Shown: positions 27,065 to 38,193, numbered from the whole stretch's first letter. The stretch: 63,089 bases of DNA, filler included, from Candidatus Woesearchaeota archaeon (GCA_003695265.1; 7 parts of 7 records of this genome joined end to end with filler, not necessarily neighbours in it), one strand, 5' to 3'. Notes: a model not told the origin generated them from the sequence alone. A program made the numbers and translations.

Positions 27065-27256
27065 TGGGCCCGGCGAGACTTTCAGCATTTGCTTTTGAAC
27101 TCGCGACCACTCGATTTCTATTCTGCAATATCAGTCGAGCACTCCATTGCCCGAGGATTACGCGAACGAAGTGAGCGCAGGGGACTTCACGGAGTGAATG
27201 CCGCCTTTTTGCGCGTTAACGGAGCGTAACCCGTTACCAGGCTAAGCTACGGGCCC
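27065..27256 (-). tRNA. trnI: tRNA-Ile(GAT) with three introns (D-loop ~27147-27236, anticodon 27116-27128, T-loop 27079-27093)
   Basis: Removing the inserts gives a complete 74-nt cloverleaf, GGGCCCGTAGCTTAGCCTGGTGGAGTGCTCGACTGATAATCGAGTGGTCGCGAGTTCAAATCTCGCCGGGCCCA; no encoded CCA. Confidence 0.92.
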
Positions 27257-27327
27257 AATCAGGAAGAAAGAGAAAAAGGGGAATTTATAAAAGTTTTGGA
27301 AAAAATAAGAAAAGAAAATGAGAAAAA

Positions 27328-27891
27328 TTAATGTATTCCCCACGTCCAGTCCATATAAGCGCAGTTCCATATGCACCACCAGTGATCAGGACCCCAACAA
27401 AGCGCGTCACCGCGCCAATAACTAAATGACCCCCAGTGATTTGAGCACCAATTATCCATGCAGTCCCAATCTAGATAGTTGCACGCATTACCAGAACAAC
27501 CATCACAACTGACCTTGAAATAAGTGGTGTAATAATTATGGTCATGATAATTATATGTGCTTGCCAGGACAAAGTTTGAGGCGTGATATCCGTCGAGTTT
27601 GTCTGAGTCATCAGCAGTCAAACCATACCAAATTCCTGTAGGAAGCAGGATTTCAGACCAGTTATGACCTGGATTAGGAATACTTTCCTGCGCTATTAAT
27701 CCAGTACTAAGAGGGACAGATCTCGGCACTTCGGGCGCTGGGGCTTTTGTAAAATGCTGAGGCTCCTTATTAGCAGAATTTCTAGCGAGGTTACTGCCAA
27801 CACCAACAACGAAGCCAGCGCCAAACAGCAAGACAATCAACACAACGAGAATGTAAAAATGTTTTTTCTCAAAGTTTAGTTCGATTCTCAT
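27328..27891 (-). CDS. Membrane-anchored protein with NPGH motif and Cys/Trp-rich C-terminus
   Basis: N-terminal TM, PNPGH, DSDKLDGYHAS, Cys-rich tail. Confidence 0.75.
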   Translation of the reverse strand: MRIELNFEKKHFYILVVLIVLLFGAGFVVGVGSNLARNSANKEPQHFTKAPAPEVPRSVPLSTGLIAQESIPNPGHNWSEILLPTGIWYGLTADDSDKLDGYHASNFVLASTYNYHDHNYYTTYFKVSCDGCSGNACNYLDWDCMDNWCSNHWGSFSYWRGDALCWGPDHWWCIWNCAYMDWTWGIH

Positions 27892-27902
27892 AATATCACC
27901 TT

Positions 27903-28616
27903 TTATTGATTCTCGTTGCAGTAGCCGTATCCACCGCAGGAATAGTATTGCTCACAGTAAACCGTACCGGATGAGGCACCCTGATTACAAACTTTATAGC
28001 CGCCAGTGCAGTGCCATTCAGTCATTGCATCTCCGCTGCTACAGGTTGCGGTGCATGTTCCGTCGGCAACAGCTGAACATGATTTGTAAACTGGAGAATG
28101 CAAATCAACATCCATCCATTTATTCCTACAATCATTGTTTATGCATACTTGAGGACAATTATTCGGCTGATCACATGTACTTGAAGGCCAATCTGATTTG
28201 CAGTTTGAGCCAATACAAACCTGAGAGCAGGTTCCAGAAGAATCACACCTCGTGTCTGAAATTATGAAAGCTGGGCAATTAGTACCATCCTTAAGACAAA
28301 CTTTGTTTCCATCTCCAATCCCTCCCTGGTATAAATTTCCAAGAACAAGAAGATCGTCACTAATGCTAAGATCATCAATAATCTGCACTTTCCTATTAGG
28401 GCTAGTCCCTTTCCCAACAAACATAAGTGTGTTATAAGATCCGCCGTCATTTGTTATTTGAGGATTATTCCCATCATAACTTGAAGTATCCCTAAAAATC
28501 ATTCTTCCAAACTCAACTTGGGTTACGCTGTGCCCTGGATTTGGCACAATAGCTATTACTGATGCTATAATAATTAAGATAATTAAGTACAAAAAGTGTT
28601 TTTTGTTAAGTTTCAT
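27903..28616 (-). CDS. Cys-rich secreted paralog 3
   Basis: Start MKLNKK at 28616; NPGH, NPQITNDGGSYN, CSQVCIGSNC repeats. Confidence 0.8.
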   Translation of the reverse strand: MKLNKKHFLYLIILIIIASVIAIVPNPGHSVTQVEFGRMIFRDTSSYDGNNPQITNDGGSYNTLMFVGKGTSPNRKVQIIDDLSISDDLLVLGNLYQGGIGDGNKVCLKDGTNCPAFIISDTRCDSSGTCSQVCIGSNCKSDWPSSTCDQPNNCPQVCINNDCRNKWMDVDLHSPVYKSCSAVADGTCTATCSSGDAMTEWHCTGGYKVCNQGASSGTVYCEQYYSCGGYGYCNENQ

Positions 28617-28618
28617 TT

Positions 28619-29323
28619 TTATGAATATTTGGTGCAGGTGCCTGAACCTCCGCAGGCAAAATTGGTTTCGCAAACCACATTAAAACCGTTTCCATAATTG
28701 TTATATTTTAAGTATGATCCTGAGGGATTAAAATCTGTTAAGGCATAATTCGAGGCACAGGTTGCTGAACATTGCTGGTTGGCATCTGCCTGGCAGATTA
28801 ATTTATATTTATTAACGCCTTTTTTCGGCCAGGTTGTTCTGCAGTTTGAGCCAATACAAACCTGAGAGCAAACTCCTGCGCTTCCGCAACTTTCGGATGT
28901 TGGCCAGCTCGACCTACAATCTGTTCCAATACAAACTTGAGAACATAAACCTGAAACATCACACTGAGTGTCACTTCCTGAACACGCTGGGCAATTTGTC
29001 CGGTCTTTTCTGCAGACTCTATTTCCTAATCCTGTACCACCTTGATACATTAATCCATAAACAACAAGAGTGTCAGACACGGTCAAGTCATCCCAAACCT
29101 TCACTGAACGGTCTGGTGAAGCACCTTTTCCAGCAATCAACAGAGCATTATAAGTTCCACCGTCATTAGTAATCTGGGGGTTCTGATTATTATAATTTTC
29201 TTGTGTTTGAAAAAAAACTTTTCCAAAATCAACAGACTCAGAATCGTGGCTTACAGTAGTAGCAGAAACTGCTACGAAAGACAATAAAAACACCAAAATG
29301 TAAATTTGTTTTATCTTGAACAT
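28619..29323 (-). CDS. Cys-rich secreted paralog 2
   Basis: Start MFKIK at 29323; NPQITNDGGTYN, two CSQVCIG repeats. Confidence 0.8.
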   Translation of the reverse strand: MFKIKQIYILVFLLSFVAVSATTVSHDSESVDFGKVFFQTQENYNNQNPQITNDGGTYNALLIAGKGASPDRSVKVWDDLTVSDTLVVYGLMYQGGTGLGNRVCRKDRTNCPACSGSDTQCDVSGLCSQVCIGTDCRSSWPTSESCGSAGVCSQVCIGSNCRTTWPKKGVNKYKLICQADANQQCSATCASNYALTDFNPSGSYLKYNNYGNGFNVVCETNFACGGSGTCTKYS

Positions 29324-29997
29324 GTTCCCTCTCCTGAGCAAGAATTATAAGTTCCAGCATGTGCTTCGCCTATTGGACAGCTAACACAATTACCATTGCA
29401 ATGCCAACCTGATAATGAATAACCTGAAGGGCAACCGCCAATGCAATATTGGTTTGCTTTTGCATAACAATTAACAGTAAAACTGCTTGGCCCAACATTT
29501 ACCCATCTACTTTTACAACTGTTGCCAATACAAAGCTGAGAGCAAACTCCTGCGCTTCCGCAACTTTCGGATTGCTGCCAAGTATTTTTACAATCTGATC
29601 CTATGCAAATTTGTGAACATAATCCAGAAGTATCACACCTAGTGTCTGTTCCAGAACATTCAGGACAGTTTGTCTGATCTTTTCTGCACACTTTCTTGTT
29701 TTCGGAAATACTGCCTTGATAAATATCACCTGAGAGTAAGCTATCACCCACATAAAGATCGTCCCAAACTTTTACTGAACGATTAGGTGGGGTTCCTCTT
29801 CCAACAATCATTAGTGTGTTGTAAGAGCCACCATCATTCGTTATTTGAGGATTTTGGCCGTTCCAGTTAGCAACGTTCTCAAAGAAAATCCTTCCAAATT
29901 CTATCTCTGTTGATTTATGGCCTGGATTAAGTGCAAAGGTTATAGAAATTGCAAAGATGAAAATTAAAAAGTAAACAAATTTTTTATCAATGTTCAT
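29311..29997 (-). CDS. Cys-rich secreted paralog 1
   Basis: AGGTGG SD; signal peptide, NPGH, NPQITNDGGSYN, two CSQxCIG repeats. Confidence 0.8.
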   Translation of the reverse strand: MNIDKKFVYFLIFIFAISITFALNPGHKSTEIEFGRIFFENVANWNGQNPQITNDGGSYNTLMIVGRGTPPNRSVKVWDDLYVGDSLLSGDIYQGSISENKKVCRKDQTNCPECSGTDTRCDTSGLCSQICIGSDCKNTWQQSESCGSAGVCSQLCIGNSCKSRWVNVGPSSFTVNCYAKANQYCIGGCPSGYSLSGWHCNGNCVSCPIGEAHAGTYNSCSGEGTCSR

Positions 29998-30145
29998 GAA
30001 AAAACCACCTTTTTTATTATTAATATTATATGAATATGTGAAAACNNNNNNNNNNNNNNNNNNNNNNNNNNNNNNNNNNNNNNNNNNNNTTAATTAATTA
30101 ANNNNNNNNNNNNNNNNNNNNNNNNNNNNNNNNNNNNNNNNNNNN

Positions 30146-33100
30146 GTCCTGGAATGTGCAGGGACGGATTTGACAATGATGATGACGGCTCAGCAGACTG
30201 CGCTGATTCAGACTGCGACAATACTTTTTACTGTGACTCGGATGACAGGGATTACCCAAGTTACCAAGAGACAAACATAAGCGGTCAGCTCGACATTATC
30301 TTCACAGATTACATACATGACAATGACTTGTTCAATGCAGAGTTTAAAAGAGCAGGCCTAATTGACACTACTTTAAGCCTCGTGGTTGGAAAAGCAGGAG
30401 TCGCTCCTCTAAACCTGATTAACACGATGCCTAATGACACCAACACTTTCATGAGCGGAACTATACACGAGAACTTCACAAAGCAGGTTAATAATGATAC
30501 CTTAACTGTTGCTGTAGAAGCGCCTAAATTATTCTCAGGAGACTTGGACGTTAATGTGAGCACAATAGTAGATGTTTCGCCTGGATGGTACCAGACTTTC
30601 TTCTCAGGCGCAATCTCCATGCTTGGTCTGGTTGGAGAAATTCCAGCTCCTGTGAACATTTACATTTCAGAATCTGAGTCTCCTTCAATAATTTCTGTTA
30701 GCCCAAATGACACATCTGTGGCTGAGCCCAATGTTATTATAATAGCAAATGTGACAGATGCTGGCATTTATGATTCTGGCATTGACCATTGTGAGATTAA
30801 CGTTACGGGAAGTGCTGTCATTAATGCGCCGAACTGCTCAGCAACATTCACGCTTACTCCTGGAGACTACAACGGCTCTGTGCTTGTCATTGATGGTGCT
30901 GGAAACACAATAAGCAGCACTTTCAACTTCACTGTTGTGCCTATGACTCTTCAGCAGGAATCAGGTTATTACTCTGTCAGCTTGAACAATTATCCTGGCA
31001 GAAACTATTTTGACAGCAGCGACACAATAACATTTGGCATTAATTTCAGCAGCTCCAACGGCTTTAACGCTTCTGATAACTGCACAGTCCACTTTTACAA
31101 CGCGACTGATTACATAACAAGCTTCAGCGCCGTTTTAGACAACAGCTCAGGCAACGCCTCATGCAACGCAAGCATCTTGCTCAATGGCTTTAATAATTCT
31201 TATTACAAATTCAATGTTGAGGTAAAAGACGCTAGCGGAATTTCCCTAAACAGCAGTTTCGGCTCAATATGGCTGTGCCCATGGATAAATGATTCTGGGA
31301 ATCTGCGCTGCAGGGACGAATGCGAAATGGCAGACTCCTTAACAATATTTGACCAAACATTTATTGGCGGGCCGCCACCGAATGAGAACGTCCCAACATA
31401 CTTTTACGCGAATTACACAGACGCGAGCAACCAAATGATTTTGGGAGCTGAGTGCAATTTCAGCAGCCTCGGAACAGTTAATGCTTTAATGCCTTACAAT
31501 GCCACTTTGGAATTGTACCAATACAATAAGACTTACACTTCATCAGGAACTTTTGATTGGAATGTTACTTGCAGCAAGTCACCTCACCAAACGCTCACGC
31601 AAAGCAGCGTGGTTGTGGTTAATGACACCACTCCCCCTATTATTAGTCTCATAAAGCCAGTTCAAAATGGCAACGTAACATCCAATGTTTTGTTTAAATG
31701 GAGTTCAACTGATAATTCACTGTTGAACACCACATGCACTTTATTCATTGACGGCTCTGCTAACGAGTCAAACCTCATAGCGCGGCATGGCACTCCATTC
31801 AATATAACAATACAAAACCTTACAGAGGGAACTCATAATTGGAGCGTTAACTGCACTGACTTAGCTAACAATACAGGAAACAGCTCTGTCTGGAGATTTA
31901 ACGTTGATGTTACTCCGCCGAGCGTCACTCTGATATGGCCTGAGGACGGTTACACTCTTAATGATACTCTAATACTTGGCTTTAATTTCTCTGCCAATGA
32001 TTCTAGCGGAGTCTCAAATTGCACTCTTGTTCTAGACAATGTAACAACCAATTACTCAGCGTATAGCATAACAAACAATGTTGAGGCAGAGATAATAGCT
32101 GCTGTGCCTTCCGGTGAGCATAATTGGAGTATTAGCTGCTTTGACAAGCCAGGAAACATGAACATTTCAGAGCAGCGTCTCATAAACCAAACAATTTTTG
32201 AGGGCGTATTTATTATCCCATTGGATAATGAAGAGCTTGGCAATGACACTACAATTTACCCGTTTGTTGAGTTAAGGCTTTACTTCGACAACACAACTGC
32301 TGTGGAATGCTCTTTCAGGAACGAGAACAGCACATGGCAAGAACCTGTTGACTGCCGCGAGCACGAATTCTGGCTGCTTTCAAACGGTACTGGTTATAAA
32401 ACAGTGTTTTACAGGATAAACCACACAGGCGGCTTTATCACAGAATACCATGACTCAATATGGTTCACTACAGGAGAAGTTCCGCCAAACGGAACAATAC
32501 CACCTGATAACTTGGAAATTTATATCGGTAATTTTACTGTGACTGATGAGGGCACGTATACTAATGATGATACGCGATTATTCGCGTCATTCTCAAGGCC
32601 TGATGATCCTTGGACGCAATACTTTGGTTTGACAGTTTATTACAGGTTTAAACTGTTAGAGAATGGAACACAAATATATCCTATTTTAGAATCTTGGCAG
32701 GATTTGGGCACAAACAATTCAGTAACTCTCACTAATTCAGATGTTACTCTTAAGCACGGCAGTAATTACACTTTCCACGTGCAAGCAAGCCATTACGTGA
32801 GCTTTAACCCGAGCAGGAGGGTTGACTCTTTCAGCGACGGCATAACAATTGATACTGTAACTCCTGTAATGGATTTCCTTAACAGCTCAGACGTTGCTAA
32901 TATGAGCTGGACTAATAAAAGCAGCGTAACAATTAATTGGGCTGCGAGCGACTCAGTCTCAGGAATCCAGGGGTTCAGTTTCATAAGGACCATACGCAAC
33001 GACACAGTGCCTGACAACATTTTAGAAGGCTCGGGCTCAAGCGTAACATACAACAACATAGCCGACAGGTTTTACTGGTTCCACATAAAGCCAAAGGACA

Positions 33101-34428
33101 ATGCAGGTAATTTCGGCGATCCATGGACTTTTGGCTTTGGAGTTGACAAGAGCAGGCCCTTCCCTTCATTAATGCAGAATCCTGTTGAGTTCAGCGGAAG
33201 CCAGGACTCAATTGTGTTTAATTGGACTCCAACAACTGACATATCAGGAATTGTTGATTATGAATTAGTCGTCGTTGATCTTAATGACAACACAACCTTG
33301 TTTAACAGCAGCGTTGGGAACGTAACAGGAAAAAATGTTTCTGTTACTCAATTCACTAATTACTTTGCAAAGGTCCGCGCCAAGAACAGCGCTGGCCTGT
33401 GGAGCTTGTGGAGTGATGAGGCAATTGGTGACATAACGCCGCCGAAAATAATATTTGCGAAGCCTAACGGAACTATTGTTTCTGACAAGTTCACAATAAT
33501 AGCAGAGACAGATGAGGATTCAGTTTGTTATTACGTGAATAACGACTCAGAACAGCACATATTTAATTATACAGGCGGAAGGTTCCACGAGTCAACTGAC
33601 CAAAGGGCAGACAGCTCGGATTACACTTATGAAGTATTATGCTTTGACAAGGTTGGATTGCAGGACAGCGTTAATATAAGCTTCAGCATCCGCACAGGTT
33701 ATTTGCCAAGCACCCTCTCCCTAAATGTTAAACCAACCTATTTTGTGGGCCAAGTGATAAAAACAAATGCTACTGTCAGCGACGGCTCACACCTTCTGGG
33801 AGAAATTACAAAGGACAGGTGGGACGTTACGTTGGATGGGAAACTACTGAATGATTACTCCTTATTTGATAGGGGCCAAGGAACGTACTGGATTGCGTTT
33901 GACGCTCCAATAAAAGAAGGCACATATTCTTTAAAAGTGTGCGTTGATAATAACATCTGTGATACTAAACAAATCAATGTTGAGCGCTTGCACCTCATAA
34001 CAGAATACAGCGGCGTTAGTGGAACTGCAAGTCAGAAAGTCGTGTATGATAATTCAGGGGCTTACATTATTGGCCTTGGCTCAGACGCGACCAATGTTTC
34101 ACCGAGCTCGCCTGGCAACAAGCTAAAGCTCGACGCAGACACCTTGGATGGTAAATCATACATTTTTGTGACAGAGCCTAACGCGCCCATAGAGCAGCGC
34201 GAAGAATACTTGATAAGAAAGGAATTTGATGACCTTGTTGTTCCAAGCTTTGGCTTCCCATTGAATAAGAAATACTTCACAGCAACAATACTCGGATACG
34301 ACAATGTAATAATACTTGGCAATCTCTCATTAGACCCGGGCGAGTACGTCCTCCTTATGAGAAACCTTGGTATAGACGAGTTTGACAACACGAGGCTTGA
34401 GGTAAGGCTGAAAAATGAAACATCATAA
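30146..34428 (+). CDS. Giant Ig/FN3-repeat surface adhesin (5' truncated at contig edge)
   Basis: CRDGFDNDDDGSADCADSDC motif, repeated DxTPP linkers, FN3-like YFAKVRAKN..G.WS.WS, many N-x-S/T sequons. Confidence 0.85.
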
Positions 34429-36703
34429 AACAATATTATATTTGGTCGCCCTAATAATCTTAATTGATGCTGTCAGGGCTGAAAGCCTTGCCATAGAAAG
34501 CACAGGCTATCCGGGAATACCAGATGCCAATCCAGAATACACTGCAAGCAGGGTCGTGTACATAATACTTGACTTCAACGCTTCAAGCACTGTGTGCAGC
34601 TGCGGGAACCTCGGCTGGGATTTTGACCCTTGGCAGAGCTGCCTTAATTACGACAACGATCTTTGGATGCTGAGCGAAGAGGACGGCAATAAAACAGTGG
34701 TTTGCAGAATAAACCACACTGACAGTGTTGTGACAGAGTTCAATGACTCAATTTATTACAATCACACAGGCGCAGGATTAGACACAACCCCACCAATACC
34801 TCCCAACGTTATTGATGATGGGGACTTTACTAACAATAACCAAAGCCTTCACTTAATATTGGATGGAGCTTATGATCCTGAATCAGCACTCCTTGAAATT
34901 CCTTTAGTCTTCACACTTAGGATATGGGAGAACAACGCATTAATTGTTGATTGGACAAGCCCGACGAACCAAACAGAAATCAATTACTCAATAGACTTGG
35001 CAGAAAACAAGACTTATGCCGTGAATGTGACAGTAATAAACTCGGCCGGTCTGAACGCCAGCTCAAGCTCTGACGGCATAACAATTGATGTAACAAAGCC
35101 AACCGTCATTGTTGATTCGAGCTCGCACCCAAACCAAAGCCTTTGGCACTCTAACGGAAGCATTGCGATGAACTGGTCGGGAACTGATCACATATCAGGA
35201 ATTTATGGGTACAGCTACATCCTAACAACAAACCCTTTTGATGAGCCTGACAACATCCCTGAGGGTAACCTGAGCAATCTCTCTGGAGAAATATCAGCTA
35301 ATTATGTGAGGAGCACAGGCATTTATTATTTTAAGATAAAGCCGCTTGACAAAGCAGGAAACTGGGGAAATATAATTACTTACATTATTAAAATAGACTT
35401 GACCCCTCCATCAAAACCTGATATGGAAAACGTTGTCGTGGCAAGTACTTCTACGCTGAACCTGAGCTGGTCTGAATCATTTGATAATGAGAGCGGAGTT
35501 GATTATTATTACTTACAAGTCTCTAGCAACCCGGATTACTCAAGCCCTGTTTTTAACGCTTCTGTCGGCAACACACTTTTTAAAGAGGTTAGCGTAACAT
35601 CTGGCTTAACTTATTATGCGCGAGTAAAAGCAGTGAACAAAGTAAACTTATCAAGCCAATGGTCTGACGAGGAAGCTGTTGAGTTTGACACTACTCCTCC
35701 AAACATAACTTTTGTGACTCCTCTCAACAATGATAATGTGTCAACTCTCACCCCAACACTTATTGTTAGGACAGACGAAATAGCCCATTGCGCTTACCAA
35801 AGCCTTGTCCCATGGCCCGGCCCAATAACTGATTTTTCTTTTACGAATGATTTAACACATGAAGCATCGCTTACGCTTACTTTCCCTCTACCACTCCAAG
35901 GCTACAACATTACCTGCACTGACAATTCAAACAACACCGCGACAAAAACATTAATATTCAAGTATGTAAAAGCAACAGGAGTTTTCAGCGTTCAGGCAGA
36001 CCTTTCAGGCAGAGTCTTATTCAACCAGCAAATATTCACCTTTGACGCAGTAATAAAGTTTGACGGCACTCCTGCTAGCGGTCTTAATTATAACAAATTT
36101 CACTTCAAACTGGGAGGAAAAGAATTGCAGGAATACTCTGTGATGGAAAAAGGCAATGGCGTTTACTCTGTTTCAATAAGAATACCAGAAGGCTCAGCAA
36201 ACCCTGAAATACTCGAAGTATTTTACGGAAACCAATCATACAATCTCACCGGATTCAGCGTTGAGCCTATGAAGCTTCAAGTTGATTACGCTGGTTTGCA
36301 ATCAGCAATGTCAAACATTATCTTTAAGAATTTTGGAGGGTTTGTCCTTGGCGTTGCTTCTGAAAGCTCTTTTGTTCAGACGCAGCCAAGCAGGATAACT
36401 GCAGATCCTAACAATGGAGATGTTTTCATTTTCATGACCAAGCCTGATGCGGACATTGAAAGAAAGAACGACCTTTTAAGGAAGAAAGAATTCACGTCAA
36501 AAAACCTGCCGACTTTCGGCTCGTTCGTGGATGAGGACAAGCAAGTATTAAGCCTCAGCCTGTCTTACCCAAACATTCTTATTAAAGGAAATGAGACTGT
36601 CCAAAAAGGCAGGCACTCCCTTTTGCTTAAGAATATTAGGCTGGAAAACAATCCAGAAGGAAAAAGCGGGGTTTACGTGTCCTCCCAGAAAATAAAAGCA
36701 TGA
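34415..36703 (+). CDS. Secreted Ig/FN3 adhesin, paralog of the C-terminal half of the upstream protein
   Basis: Signal peptide; colinear shared motifs (KTV..RINHT, SDGITID, IKP.D.AGN.G, RKEF/KKEF..P.FG). Confidence 0.85.
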   Translation: MKHHKTILYLVALIILIDAVRAESLAIESTGYPGIPDANPEYTASRVVYIILDFNASSTVCSCGNLGWDFDPWQSCLNYDNDLWMLSEEDGNKTVVCRINHTDSVVTEFNDSIYYNHTGAGLDTTPPIPPNVIDDGDFTNNNQSLHLILDGAYDPESALLEIPLVFTLRIWENNALIVDWTSPTNQTEINYSIDLAENKTYAVNVTVINSAGLNASSSSDGITIDVTKPTVIVDSSSHPNQSLWHSNGSIAMNWSGTDHISGIYGYSYILTTNPFDEPDNIPEGNLSNLSGEISANYVRSTGIYYFKIKPLDKAGNWGNIITYIIKIDLTPPSKPDMENVVVASTSTLNLSWSESFDNESGVDYYYLQVSSNPDYSSPVFNASVGNTLFKEVSVTSGLTYYARVKAVNKVNLSSQWSDEEAVEFDTTPPNITFVTPLNNDNVSTLTPTLIVRTDEIAHCAYQSLVPWPGPITDFSFTNDLTHEASLTLTFPLPLQGYNITCTDNSNNTATKTLIFKYVKATGVFSVQADLSGRVLFNQQIFTFDAVIKFDGTPASGLNYNKFHFKLGGKELQEYSVMEKGNGVYSVSIRIPEGSANPEILEVFYGNQSYNLTGFSVEPMKLQVDYAGLQSAMSNIIFKNFGGFVLGVASESSFVQTQPSRITADPNNGDVFIFMTKPDADIERKNDLLRKKEFTSKNLPTFGSFVDEDKQVLSLSLSYPNILIKGNETVQKGRHSLLLKNIRLENNPEGKSGVYVSSQKIKA

Positions 36704-36709
36704 ATAAAA

Positions 36710-37204
36710 ATGGGAAATATGAAGAACTTAAAGAAAGGGCAATTCTACATTTTTGTGGCTATTCTGCTTAGCGCAATATCATTCTCAATGCTTAAGGGGA
36801 GCACAGTATTAGCAAAACCGCACAGCTTTGAGGACATTAGGGCCAATTACATTCAGGAAAGCGAGTTTGTGCTGAACAATGCAATATATCAAGAGCAAAA
36901 TCCGTTCGAGCAATTTGACCATTTCACAAAGAATTTCCAGAAATTCGCGCGCGAAAAAAACATAAACTTTGAGGTTGTTTACATGCTCTTATACCAAGAC
37001 ACTATTAAAATCGTTAATTATTTAAGCGTTCCAGTCACTGTTAATATTACAGGAACAGAAGAGAAATTATTCCCAAACGAGGGAACCTTCATTGATAAAG
37101 TTGCAGCATTAAAAATAAGCTTTGAGGGATTAGAAAACACGTACAAGTTCGCTCCTGATGAGCCAGTCCAGCTAAAACTTTTAATAATAACTGAGGAAAG
37201 ATGA
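36710..37204 (+). CDS. Type IV pilin-like protein
   Basis: Class III signal KKG|QFYIFVAILL. Confidence 0.75.
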   Translation: MGNMKNLKKGQFYIFVAILLSAISFSMLKGSTVLAKPHSFEDIRANYIQESEFVLNNAIYQEQNPFEQFDHFTKNFQKFAREKNINFEVVYMLLYQDTIKIVNYLSVPVTVNITGTEEKLFPNEGTFIDKVAALKISFEGLENTYKFAPDEPVQLKLLIITEER

Positions 37205-37659
37205 GAAAGACAAAAAAAAGGGGTTTTATATGGATTAATTGGATACTCATAGTCGCATTCACAATCACCCTCGGAACTTTTGTTGCAAAATGGCTTATCG
37301 GCTTTACAAAAGAAAGAACTTCAGAATTTCAGGAGAGAACAATGAACCCAAGCTTCTGCCAAGACACAGGAGTTTCCCTCGATGAAATCTGCCAGAATCC
37401 ACAAACTTTAAATATCAAGGTCACAAACAGAAAAGAATTGGAAGTGAGCAAGCTTTTGTTCAGAGTGTTTGACATTTACGGCAATCCTGCCACGAGAGAA
37501 AAGAATGTTTCATTATATCCTGGTGATGTTGAGCGCCTTGTAATACTCAAGCAGGGGACAACTAAAAAAGTTGAAATCATACCATTCACTAAAAAGAATT
37601 TGAAAAATATAATGTGCTCTGAGAGCAGCGTGACAGCAGTTAATATTTCGTATTGTTAA
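37201..37659 (+). CDS. Type IV pilin-like protein
   Basis: Class III signal KRG|FIWINWILIVAF; Cys pairs. Confidence 0.75.
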   Translation: MRKTKKRGFIWINWILIVAFTITLGTFVAKWLIGFTKERTSEFQERTMNPSFCQDTGVSLDEICQNPQTLNIKVTNRKELEVSKLLFRVFDIYGNPATREKNVSLYPGDVERLVILKQGTTKKVEIIPFTKKNLKNIMCSESSVTAVNISYC

Positions 37660-37679
37660 AAAAAGAAGGTGATAAAACA

Positions 37680-38174
37680 ATGAGACTTAACAAAAAGGCC
37701 GTTTCTCCGCTCATAGCAACTATTCTTCTAATCGCTTTTTCAATATCAGTCGGTGTTCTCGTGGTTAACTGGGGCAAGAACTATGTTGAGAGCCAGACAA
37801 GAGAAGCAGAATCGAGGGCTGACACTCAAATGGCATGCGGTCTTGACGTTGACCTCGACTTCGTTTATACTGGGGCAACGCCTGACATTTGCGATGAGGG
37901 TCCTGGCAATGTTAAATTCACCCTAGAGAATAGTGCGCGCACATCAATAAAAAACCTGACAGTGAACATAATAGGAACTAACAATATTACAAGCGCAACC
38001 CTAAGCGCAAACATAAACCCTGGAGGAGTTCAAAGATTTAACGTCTCATATGACAACTCATCATTAGGAAACATTATGCAGGTAAGAATTTCCCCTACTG
38101 TTGAGACAAGTTCGGGGAGCGTAACAACATGCACAAGCGACGCTCTCGTGATAGAAAGCGTTCCAGCCTGCTGA
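37680..38174 (+). CDS. Archaeal type IV pilin (probable major pilin)
   Basis: AAGGTGA SD; MRLNKKA|VSPLIATILLIAF. Confidence 0.9.
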   Translation: MRLNKKAVSPLIATILLIAFSISVGVLVVNWGKNYVESQTREAESRADTQMACGLDVDLDFVYTGATPDICDEGPGNVKFTLENSARTSIKNLTVNIIGTNNITSATLSANINPGGVQRFNVSYDNSSLGNIMQVRISPTVETSSGSVTTCTSDALVIESVPAC

Positions 38175-38193
38175 AAATAATAAAACAAAAAAA

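Noticed and set aside
27328..29997. Diversity-generating retroelement acting on the Cys-rich genes
   Set aside because: No reverse transcriptase and no TR/VR pair differing only at adenines in the window; the shared patches are exact and the tips differ at all bases.
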